Both the position numbers and the translations under genes were made by a program. Below the pieces are notes generated by a model. That model had not been told where the DNA came from and searched no databases. It was given only the letters and a program-made list of their open reading frames with translations. This document shows positions 20,074 to 27,705 of a stretch of DNA of 53,974 bases, piece after piece. Origin of the DNA: a virus (lineage: Duplodnaviria; Caudoviricetes); IMG/VR virus record IMGVR_UViG_3300028025_001902, positions 1 through 53,974 of that record, one strand, 5' to 3'. Every line of letters begins with the position of its first letter. Position 1 is the stretch's first letter.

Positions 20074-20709
20074 TTATAGTCCTTTTCGTTTCTGCCAGTC
20101 TTGTGTGCCAGAAAAACTCAATTTATTTTTATAATCTTCAGTAACATAATTAGTTAATCTACCAATAGACCAACCATCTTCTGTATATTTATCTAACAAC
20201 TCTGGTTTAATTCTAGAACATTTAATTCCATTATTAATCCAAATCAAAGAAGCAATAGTCATGTTTCGTTTGTCAATAGTTTCTTTACTAAAAACTTGTT
20301 TGGCTCTTGCTTCTTTAATCTTTCTTATACCTTCTGCAGTCTGCGGTTTTGGCACACCTAAATGCGTTCTACTAACGGCTTCTGCATAACCTTTTCTTAC
20401 ATACTCATAAAGATTTGAATTCATATATCGTTCAGTATGACCAGGAGTTATATTAAACATATGTAACGCAAAATGCATTTTAGATTTTTGCATACCATCA
20501 CACATTTTCGTTAATAACAAATGCGCCACAAAATGTTCTCTTGCAGTCAAATAAACCAAATTATCTTTAGTATTATCACCACCTAAACTTCTAGGAATAA
20601 TATGATGTTTCTCTGTATAACAAGGAGCAGTCTTCTTACTCCAATTTCTAATAACAGCACCCTCAACTAACTTTTGGTACCATTGAGAGTATTTGTTATC
20701 TAAGAACAT
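20074..20709 (-). mobile_element. Free-standing HNH homing endonuclease (Mob-like), paralogue of 5813..6400
   Basis: YTEKHHIIPRSLGGDNTKDNLVYLTAREHFVAHLLLTKM; own TAAATA motif at 20715-20720. Confidence 0.9.
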
Positions 20710-20717
20710 ACTCTTAT

Positions 20718-20870
20718 TTATTCCTCTGCTGGGAGTGGTGTATTACCTTCTGCAACCCACTTTAGGTATTCTTGATAATCAGTGTTAGCTGGATCGAATG
20801 GTATAAAGGCATTGTCTAATAAGCGAACGACACCAGTTTCAACTTCAATTAGTTTTCTTATCTTGTACAT
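20718..20870 (-). CDS. 50-aa fibre partner/chaperone (copy 4; not in track)
   Basis: [50 protein letters not shown]. Confidence 0.85.
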   Translation of the reverse strand: MYKIRKLIEVETGVVRLLDNAFIPFDPANTDYQEYLKWVAEGNTPLPAEE

Positions 20871-21920
20871 TTATAACTCCGCTGAAAATGTCATATAACC
20901 ACCACCAGTATTATAGGTGTAAATTCTTCCATTTGCTGTTGCTATCTGAATATAATTAAATCCATCTAATCCAGTGTTTGCAATATATGAATAAGTAGCA
21001 TTAGTATTATTATATGTCCAAGTCCCAACAACTGCGCCAGTTGGACTAACACGTTTTTGCACCATAAATTTAAAATGATAATCCCATTCGTTGCCACTAG
21101 AACTGTTTGATGATCCAACTAAAAACGAATTTGCACCATTTGCGAAAATTTCAAAATATCTCTGACACAAAGCCAACTCAGTGCCAAATGAACGATAATC
21201 AAACTGAGTAGCAGTAGAACCTTTTTCGAACTGAACACCAGTAATGTACAATGTAGCACCACTAGTACCAACTAGGCTAGTCGCACCTGGAACAGAATAT
21301 GATGAAGAAGCTGTCCATGCACCAGCAGTGTTACTATAAGTTGAACCAGTACCTAAACTCCAATTAACAATAACTCCAGTACCATTAGTTGAACCCCAAG
21401 TTCCAGATGTATCACCTGGAATAGTTATTGTTTTATATTCCCAAGTATTTGCGGAAGATATCGTGTAAGACCAAGGATAGTTTCTGCTATTACCTGCAGT
21501 AAGGGAACCACCAAAAGTACCAGTTAGTGAACTACGAACCCAAAAAGAAAGAGTTACAGTAGATGCACTGGCAGTACCCCATGCTAAATCTGCAACATTA
21601 TAACCTTCAATATTTTGTTGAACGATATAAATGTCGCCTGATGTTATAGAATAAGCAGAGGATGAAGTTATTCCAAGATAGTTTTTAAATCCAGCTGGTG
21701 GAGTTACAGAATTAACATTTTGTCGAACTGCAAATTTAGAAGTAACAACACCATATGCAGACCATCTATCTAAAGTGTAGATACCTGTATCGTTTTGAGT
21801 TACACTTGCACCAGCATTACGCTGATCAATACGCATGTCACCATTAATGATACGGTTTTTCATACCGTATGTTTGGGTGCTATTGTCTAGTATTCCTGCA
21901 GTTACTTGAGTAAGAGCCAT
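20871..21920 (-). CDS. Fibre/receptor-binding protein, RNRIING family (copy 4)
   Basis: MALTQV start, KNRIINGDMRIDQRNAG, ELALCQRYF, terminal SAEL. Confidence 0.8.
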   Translation of the reverse strand: MALTQVTAGILDNSTQTYGMKNRIINGDMRIDQRNAGASVTQNDTGIYTLDRWSAYGVVTSKFAVRQNVNSVTPPAGFKNYLGITSSSAYSITSGDIYIVQQNIEGYNVADLAWGTASASTVTLSFWVRSSLTGTFGGSLTAGNSRNYPWSYTISSANTWEYKTITIPGDTSGTWGSTNGTGVIVNWSLGTGSTYSNTAGAWTASSSYSVPGATSLVGTSGATLYITGVQFEKGSTATQFDYRSFGTELALCQRYFEIFANGANSFLVGSSNSSSGNEWDYHFKFMVQKRVSPTGAVVGTWTYNNTNATYSYIANTGLDGFNYIQIATANGRIYTYNTGGGYMTFSAEL

Positions 21921-21929
21921 GTCTTATCC

Positions 21930-22256
21930 TTAAGTGATCTGCATTACTGAAGCATAACCAGATAGATCGCCACCTGCTGAAGCAGTTAAACTAATCTTAT
22001 CGCCAGTTTCTAGATTGATTGGCTTATCGAAAATTAATGTTGAACCTGCTGGCACTGGAACTAGGTAAGCTAGTTTATAGTAAGTAGTGGCAGAACTATC
22101 GTAGAATTCGATAGTAATGTTAGCACTGTTTGTACCATCAATATTTGTGATAGTAAGATTATGTACTACTGCAGTTGTTGAACTTGGACTAGTGTATAAG
22201 TCTGTTCTACTTGTATCTGATAAAACAACTGCTGCATTTTTGAACGAAGAAGCCAT
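21930..22256 (-). CDS. 108-aa beta-rich virion protein (MAxxFKNA family), paralogue of 26942..27265
   Basis: MASSFKNA..LYTSPSS....L.I.N....VPVPAGSTL....I.LETGD.I. Confidence 0.7.
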   Translation of the reverse strand: MASSFKNAAVVLSDTSRTDLYTSPSSTTAVVHNLTITNIDGTNSANITIEFYDSSATTYYKLAYLVPVPAGSTLIFDKPINLETGDKISLTASAGGDLSGYASVMQIT

Positions 22257-22270
22257 GTGTTATTTTCCTT

Positions 22271-22447
22271 TTAGCCACCGAAAACGATTGAGTAGGCAAT
22301 CCCAGTCTCTTCGACTTCGGTGTTGACGTCTGATAATGTGATTGTATCTGGAGCAATCTTAGCACTAGTAACTGCATCGCTGGCAAGTTTTTCAGTGGTG
22401 ACAGCTAAGTCTTTGATTGCTGGTGTTTCTAATCTTGTGAGTGCCAT
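22271..22447 (-). CDS. 58-aa fibre linker (not in track)
   Basis: Hand translation MALTRLETPAIKDLAVTTEKLASDAVTSAKIAPDTITLSDVNTEVEETGIAYSIVFGG; VTxxK repeats like its neighbours; TAAATA motif at 22464-22469. Confidence 0.8.
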   Translation of the reverse strand: MALTRLETPAIKDLAVTTEKLASDAVTSAKIAPDTITLSDVNTEVEETGIAYSIVFGG

Positions 22448-22466
22448 GTTTGTTCTCTTTGTTTAT

Positions 22467-23858
22467 TTAGGGATGTGTACGCTTGTACTCATCAAATTCT
22501 GCTTTGAGTTCTTGGATTGCTTTGACCATGACAGGAATTAAATCGGTTGTACCCAGTGTCATTAATTCAGACTCGCCAAAGGTGTCTGTAATTTGTGGTA
22601 ATACTGCATTTACTTCTTGTGCAATAAAACCAAGTTTTCCAGTTTTACCATCGCCTTGACCTTCTATCCAATCAAACTGCCTTGGCTTCAAAGCAACTAC
22701 AGTATTAAGTCCATAAGGAATATCAACAATATTCGTTTTAAGAGATTGGTCTGAGATAGCTTGAATTGTTGTAGAACCACGAGTGTAAATTGTTCCGTTA
22801 TTTGATACATAAAATTGTTGTGTACCAGAAAGATACATATTGAGAAAAAAGCTACTACCACTAGCAGCGTAGCTATTCCCTGAATAATTTGGACCATTTA
22901 CGTTTGCTGTAATTGTATTACCTGTGACAAGCGCACCAGGAGAATACCACTCACCATTATTATCACAACGCAATCTAGGACTACCATCACCATCAGATAA
23001 CACAATGTAGTTACTTGCTGTACGGATGTCTAGACCGCCTTGGTTGCCGTTGTAAGAACCAAGAATGGTGTTTTTAGAACCAGTAGTAACTGTATTGCCA
23101 GAACTTGAACCTACAAATGTGTTGGTTACGCCAGTTGTAACGGCAGTGCCCGCTGTGTTACCAATAAAGGTGCAAGCATCCCCTGTTGTTTTTGCAAATC
23201 CTGCTTTATAACCAACAAAAGTGCTTTCACTTGCAGTAGTAGGCGTATATCCTGCCTGATACCCCAAATTGGTGTTTCGCTCTCCAGTTGTTCCTGTGTA
23301 AGAAGCCTGATAACCCACAGCAGTGTTATAAGAAGCTGTTGTGTTTGCTTGTAACGCTTGTCTGCCAATAGCCACATTACTTGAGCCTGTGGTGTTGCCA
23401 TATAAAGCAATATGTCCAATAGCTACATTGTCTGCTCCAGATGTATTTGCATTAAGAGTTGCATAACCCAAGCCAGTATTTTGTGCCCCTGATGTATTTA
23501 CTGCTAAAGTGTTTTTACCTATAGCTAAATTATTGGCACCTGTATTTGAACCAGCTAATGCTCCGCTTCCTAAAACAGTAGAACCGCTATCTGAACCTGC
23601 ACCCTTACCAACAGTAAGACCTGAGATAGTGGCATCGTTAGTACCAGTTAAAGTAGTAATGGTAATACTAGACGCTAGTTTACCAGAAGTAACATTGGCA
23701 TCTAAGATTTTAGCAGTTGTGACTGCATTGCTGGCAATCTCAGCGACTGTGATAGAGTTACTGGCAAGATCTTCCGCTACAATAACATCCACTCCAATTT
23801 TAGTAGAAGTGATCGCATTGTCAGCAATACTATTAGTTTTTATTTTTGATAGTGCCAT
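22467..23858 (-). CDS. Tail fibre with YadA-head-like repeats and an S74-type chaperone
   Basis: MALSKIK start; NxAIG..AL..NTxG repeats; SDQSLKTNI...LKPRQFDW...GFIAQEV. Confidence 0.85.
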   Translation of the reverse strand: MALSKIKTNSIADNAITSTKIGVDVIVAEDLASNSITVAEIASNAVTTAKILDANVTSGKLASSITITTLTGTNDATISGLTVGKGAGSDSGSTVLGSGALAGSNTGANNLAIGKNTLAVNTSGAQNTGLGYATLNANTSGADNVAIGHIALYGNTTGSSNVAIGRQALQANTTASYNTAVGYQASYTGTTGERNTNLGYQAGYTPTTASESTFVGYKAGFAKTTGDACTFIGNTAGTAVTTGVTNTFVGSSSGNTVTTGSKNTILGSYNGNQGGLDIRTASNYIVLSDGDGSPRLRCDNNGEWYSPGALVTGNTITANVNGPNYSGNSYAASGSSFFLNMYLSGTQQFYVSNNGTIYTRGSTTIQAISDQSLKTNIVDIPYGLNTVVALKPRQFDWIEGQGDGKTGKLGFIAQEVNAVLPQITDTFGESELMTLGTTDLIPVMVKAIQELKAEFDEYKRTHP

Positions 23859-23884
23859 CTTTGATCTCTATTATGTCTTATTAT

Positions 23885-24142
23885 TTATGCAGTTGGTAAT
23901 ACATTTGCATCAAGTTGTGCTTCATATGCAGCGATAACTTCTGGAGTCCATGCAGCTGCAGCGATTGCTTGTACATTTGCTGGTTGATCAGAAACATCTG
24001 AACCTGGAGCGAATGACCAACGATGATAAGAAGAAGATAATTGTTTACCATCTTCTAGAATTCTTGTTACTTCACGAACTTGTAGAGTACCGTTTTCCAC
24101 TACTTCTACTTTGTCGATTACTTGTTCTTTAGTTAATGCCAT
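23885..24142 (-). CDS. 85-aa fibre partner/chaperone
   Basis: MALTKEQVIDKVEVVENG.LQVRE.TRILEDG...SYHR; AAGGA RBS; follows the DDYEEG fibre. Confidence 0.75.
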   Translation of the reverse strand: MALTKEQVIDKVEVVENGTLQVREVTRILEDGKQLSSSYHRWSFAPGSDVSDQPANVQAIAAAAWTPEVIAAYEAQLDANVLPTA

Positions 24143-24171
24143 TTTGATTTCCTTTGTTGTTAAAAAGTCCG

Positions 24172-24197
24172 ACTAACCTAATATGGGTTAGTTAATT
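24172..24197 (-). promoter_or_regulatory. Intercistronic hairpin; 17-bp core repeated at 25988-26004
   Basis: ACTAACC(24172-78)/GGTTAGT(24186-92) inverted repeat; atatgggttagttaatt occurs after both DDYEEG fibre genes. Confidence 0.55.
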
Positions 24198-25941
24198 ATA
24201 CAATATATGATCCTGCTACATGAATCTCACCACTAGTTCCCATATTAGATGGCGTAAAAGCAGACCATGATGCACCATTGTTACTATATCGCAAATTGAT
24301 TGTCTGAACACCACCATCTACTTGAGCATATAAAATTTGTGATGAACTAACTATTGTTGAAGCAGTAACCATTCCGATAGAAAATCCACCACGCTCGCCC
24401 GCAGGCATAAATGGTAATGCTATTGTCACACCTGAAGATCCACTTTTGGCTGACCATTGTATTTTAATCATAACAGTAACAGAATTACCAACTTTGATAT
24501 AATTTCCGCTACTTGTAGTGGTAAATGAATTTCCACTACCACCTAATGTTGGTGTAAACGAACCTTCTTCATAATCATCTAGTGTGTTTGCATCAGCAGA
24601 AGCAGATTGAGTTGCTGGAAATTTTAATTGTCCGCTAGTTAGTTCTACTACACCAGCAGTAGTGATGCGTAGTCTTTCGCTACCGCCTGTGTACATTGTT
24701 AGTGGTAGGTATGTTCCTGTTCCAGCAATTGCAGAAGCAATACGAACTTCTGTTCCGCTTAAAGCTATATATTGAGCTATTGAAGCATTATCAGGGTCAG
24801 CAGCGTTAAATAATCTTAATTGTGTATTGGTTGCTGTTCCATTTGGTATAACATTTAGAATAGTATTGCCGTTGGTTGTGCTTGTCTGAAACGCAACACG
24901 ATTAGCTCCAGTAGCATTACTAAAGTCACCAGTAATACGATTACCAGTACCAGTAAAGGTTAAATCTCCACCACTTTGTGTCGATACATTACCATCAGCA
25001 TCCCATGCTGGACCACCAGTACTTAACTTGGCTGGAGTAACTGCACCATTCTGAATCTCTGAAACTGTAATCGCATTTGCAGCGATGTCTTCAGCAACAA
25101 TAACATCAAAGCCAAGTTTAGCTGAAGTGATTGCATTATCAGCAATCTTGGCAGTGGTAACTGAACCATCCACTAAACCAGTTCTGGAAATAGTGCTAAA
25201 GCCAAGATGAATAATTGTAATTGCTGCACTTGAATCTGGAGCATCAGTAAATGTAACGACTGCACCAGAAAGTGTATAGTTTGTAGTTCTTGTTTGAACG
25301 ATACCATCAACCATCACTAAAAGTGAATTTGCAGATGATGGTGTATCACTCAGTGTAAATGTAGTTGTTGTGCCGTCACCAGTGAATGTATCAACAGTAA
25401 AGTTTCTTAGATTGTCTGCCAACTGAGATGGACCAACCGAAGCTGCAGTAGGGACTAGATTATAAGTCGCATTACCTTCGTGCACCACATAGATGACTGA
25501 TGCAGCTGTTGGTGCTTCTGAGAATAAAATTCCAGAACCAGTATTGATTGTTACGCTTGTAGTTGTGGCAGTTGCAGAAGAAGATCCACCAGTGATAGTC
25601 TCTGAAGAACTAAATGTTCCAGTAAGACCACGAATAATAATGTTATTAAGATTGACTTTAAGAACAGTACCAGTTGCAGCACTTGTTGTACCAGTAACTG
25701 TTTCGTTTACTGTAAATGTACCAGAGATAGAAGTAAGAGTAAGTGTTCTAGTATCAACAACAGTGAATGCCTCAACTGGTTGTTGTGGCACGTTATCTAG
25801 AACAATCGTTACACCTGATTCAAAAGAACCTGGAACAGATTGTGATAATGGGAAGCAAATCTGTGTGCCATCTGCCGTGAACTCGTCACGTGGGCGAACT
25901 CCAGATGCTTGATATGCTGGTATTGATCCGATATATGCCAT
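24196..25941 (-). CDS. Tail fibre with two adaptor domains and a DDYEEG-type tip
   Basis: MAYIG start, FTADG and FTGDG domains, VIVAEDIA repeats, FPATQSASADANTLDDYEEGSFTP..GNYIKVGNSV..LPF. Confidence 0.8.
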   Translation of the reverse strand: MAYIGSIPAYQASGVRPRDEFTADGTQICFPLSQSVPGSFESGVTIVLDNVPQQPVEAFTVVDTRTLTLTSISGTFTVNETVTGTTSAATGTVLKVNLNNIIIRGLTGTFSSSETITGGSSSATATTTSVTINTGSGILFSEAPTAASVIYVVHEGNATYNLVPTAASVGPSQLADNLRNFTVDTFTGDGTTTTFTLSDTPSSANSLLVMVDGIVQTRTTNYTLSGAVVTFTDAPDSSAAITIIHLGFSTISRTGLVDGSVTTAKIADNAITSAKLGFDVIVAEDIAANAITVSEIQNGAVTPAKLSTGGPAWDADGNVSTQSGGDLTFTGTGNRITGDFSNATGANRVAFQTSTTNGNTILNVIPNGTATNTQLRLFNAADPDNASIAQYIALSGTEVRIASAIAGTGTYLPLTMYTGGSERLRITTAGVVELTSGQLKFPATQSASADANTLDDYEEGSFTPTLGGSGNSFTTTSSGNYIKVGNSVTVMIKIQWSAKSGSSGVTIALPFMPAGERGGFSIGMVTASTIVSSSQILYAQVDGGVQTINLRYSNNGASWSAFTPSNMGTSGEIHVAGSYIV

Positions 25942-25964
25942 TGATTTACTCTTCTGTTATTCTT

Positions 25965-25972
25965 TATTTATA
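25965..25972 (-). promoter_or_regulatory. Canonical T4 late promoter TATAAATA
   Basis: Exact match about 24 nt upstream of the ATG at 25941. Confidence 0.8.
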
Positions 25973-26003
25973 CTTGGTTGCTAATCGATATGGGTTAGTT
26001 AAT

Positions 26004-26939
26004 TTAATTTGTTATATAAGTTATATTAACTGAAAAGTATGCACCACCACCATTAAATCGTAGGTATCCTTCTGTTGTATTATACTGAGACATATACAAA
26101 TTAATAATACTTGCTCCAGGTGGTGCAATAAATCCTGGATAAAGTGTTGATCCATTTGTAGATGTCATATTATACATAAGCCCAGCTGTTGCTGCAGCAC
26201 TGTTTCCACTAGATGCAGTAACGAATGGTAAACTAACAGTTTGTAAGTTATTAGTTGTTCCAGTAGATGCGTCGTACGATATTGATATAAAAAATTGCAC
26301 TAAACGACCAATTTTTGTATAATATCCAGTAGATGTAAAAGAACCACCATTGCGAGCAATAGTGCTGGTAAACGTACCTTCTTCATAATCATCTAGCGTA
26401 TTTGCGTCAGATGAAGCAACTTGAGTTGATGCAAATTTAATTTGTTGGAAACCAACACTGGAACCTTCTAGACCAATTAGCGCAGCATCGCCAGTCATAG
26501 CATTAGTGCCAGTACTTGGACCACCACCGTATCTTAATCTTGCATAACTAGAACCAGCAGTTCCAGTAATATCTAAACCAATTGTTCCAGAAGAAGAATT
26601 TTCTACTATTAGTGATGCTGTTGTTTGTCCACTTGTGCCAGAACCTTTTATGTGGTGTTTTGCCACAGGTGTAGTGGTACCAACACCAACATTACCACTA
26701 GAGTCGATACGCACCACCTCTGTACCACCTTCAGCAAAAGCAATAGTGTCAGCAGTCGGTGAAAAGATACCAGTATTAGTATCACCAGTAAATGTGATCG
26801 AAGGAGTGCTTGCAGAACCCAGTGCGTGGGTAACTGTTAGTGTTGTTGCTAACTTTGCAGTAGTAACTGAATTAGATGCTAACTCAGCCGTCTCAATGAC
26901 ACCTGTACCTAGATTAGCTGGTCCTTTTTGAATCGGCAT
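26004..26939 (-). CDS. Tail fibre with a DDYEEG-type tip
   Basis: Likely start ATG 26939 (MPIQKG); GSASTPSITFTGDTNTGIFSP; DANTLDDYEEGTFT..GYYTKIGRLV..LPF. Confidence 0.8.
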   Translation of the reverse strand: MPIQKGPANLGTGVIETAELASNSVTTAKLATTLTVTHALGSASTPSITFTGDTNTGIFSPTADTIAFAEGGTEVVRIDSSGNVGVGTTTPVAKHHIKGSGTSGQTTASLIVENSSSGTIGLDITGTAGSSYARLRYGGGPSTGTNAMTGDAALIGLEGSSVGFQQIKFASTQVASSDANTLDDYEEGTFTSTIARNGGSFTSTGYYTKIGRLVQFFISISYDASTGTTNNLQTVSLPFVTASSGNSAAATAGLMYNMTSTNGSTLYPGFIAPPGASIINLYMSQYNTTEGYLRFNGGGAYFSVNITYITN

Positions 26940-26941
26940 GA

Positions 26942-27265
26942 TCAAACATCTTCCAAAATGCTGGCTATAATGTCTAGTGACGAAGCCGTTGATGAAACAA
27001 CTTTAAGAGCATCCGTGTTTGCTAGAACAATCTTTTGTCCAGCGATAATCTGTAGTGAACCACCAACAGGAACTGGAGCACCCTTAACGATGTAGTAGTT
27101 ATTTGAACTCGAAGTGATATAAGCATCAACAGTAACACCACTATTGGTAGTATTACAAACGTCCAATTCGATGCAGATTGAGTTTTTAGAAGATGGAGCA
27201 GAATACACAGTAACTGCCGTAGTTCCGACGTTTCGTGCTAATGCATTTTTAAAGGTGTTCGCCAT
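26942..27265 (-). CDS. 107-aa beta-rich virion protein (MANTFKNA family)
   Basis: MANTFKNA, VYSAPS, N..YIVKGAPVPVGGSL, KIVL..TD.LKV, DIIASILE. Confidence 0.72.
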   Translation of the reverse strand: MANTFKNALARNVGTTAVTVYSAPSSKNSICIELDVCNTTNSGVTVDAYITSSSNNYYIVKGAPVPVGGSLQIIAGQKIVLANTDALKVVSSTASSLDIIASILEDV

Positions 27266-27271
27266 GTTTTA

Positions 27272-27481
27272 TTATCCTAATGCGATTGAAATTGCAATTG
27301 AAAAGTTTCGTCCACCATTTACAGCGGAAACGATGGTTGTTTCTCCACCAGCCAGAGTGGCTAAGTCGCCAACATCCACCACAGTTTGATTGGATTGGGA
27401 AATAACCGAATTGGTTTTTACTCGCCACTGATCAAATGAATCAGTTTGCGGTACGGTAGTGACTGGAGTTGGGAGTGCCAT
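27272..27481 (-). CDS. 69-aa fibre root/linker protein
   Basis: TDSFDQWRVKTN N-terminal motif, VGDLATL, C-term IAISIALG. Confidence 0.7.
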   Translation of the reverse strand: MALPTPVTTVPQTDSFDQWRVKTNSVISQSNQTVVDVGDLATLAGGETTIVSAVNGGRNFSIAISIALG

Positions 27482-27705
27482 TATTGTTTATTTATAAGAA
27501 TTGAAAGCATCTGTTTAATTTCGGATAGATCCGATTTAACCTGAGTTAGTTCTTTTCCTTGCCTCTCGAGTTCTAATTTTTGAGCCTTCATTGCATCTCT
27601 GCGAGCAATATAAGACTCATATTCTTTATTATTAGTATTTAGGATGGCTTGACTGTATACATCTCGAACTAATCCATCCTCACCTTGCACTTTTAAGTAT
27701 TCCAT
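27481..27705 (-). CDS. Small coiled-coil virion-region protein
   Basis: YLKVQG..GLVRD..SQAILN....Y..Y plus a C-terminal heptad; ATG at 27705 overlaps the upstream TAA. Confidence 0.7.
   Translation of the reverse strand: MEYLKVQGEDGLVRDVYSQAILNTNNKEYESYIARRDAMKAQKLELERQGKELTQVKSDLSEIKQMLSILINKQ

Noticed and set aside
3572-20709. Group I introns or inteins hosting the endonucleases
   Set aside because: Flanking genes look intact and abut the endonuclease ORFs, leaving no room for an intron core; no intein motifs noticed in gp17 or the other proteins.
12488-20876. TATAAAT in the SAEL junctions as a late promoter
   Set aside because: It reads TATAAATG (TATAAAAATG in copy 3) and is fully explained by Leu codon + TAA + ATG coupling with an upstream GGAG RBS.
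12350-21920. Shufflon or invertase-type tail-fibre switching
   Set aside because: All cassettes are full-length and co-oriented; no inverted promoterless tips and no recombinase gene seen.
7360-27481. Diversity-generating retroelement targeting the fibres (Mtd_N-like domains present)
   Set aside because: No reverse transcriptase in the window and no repeat pair differing mainly at adenines; the 65-bp pair differs at only three synonymous sites. An RT elsewhere in the genome cannot be excluded.
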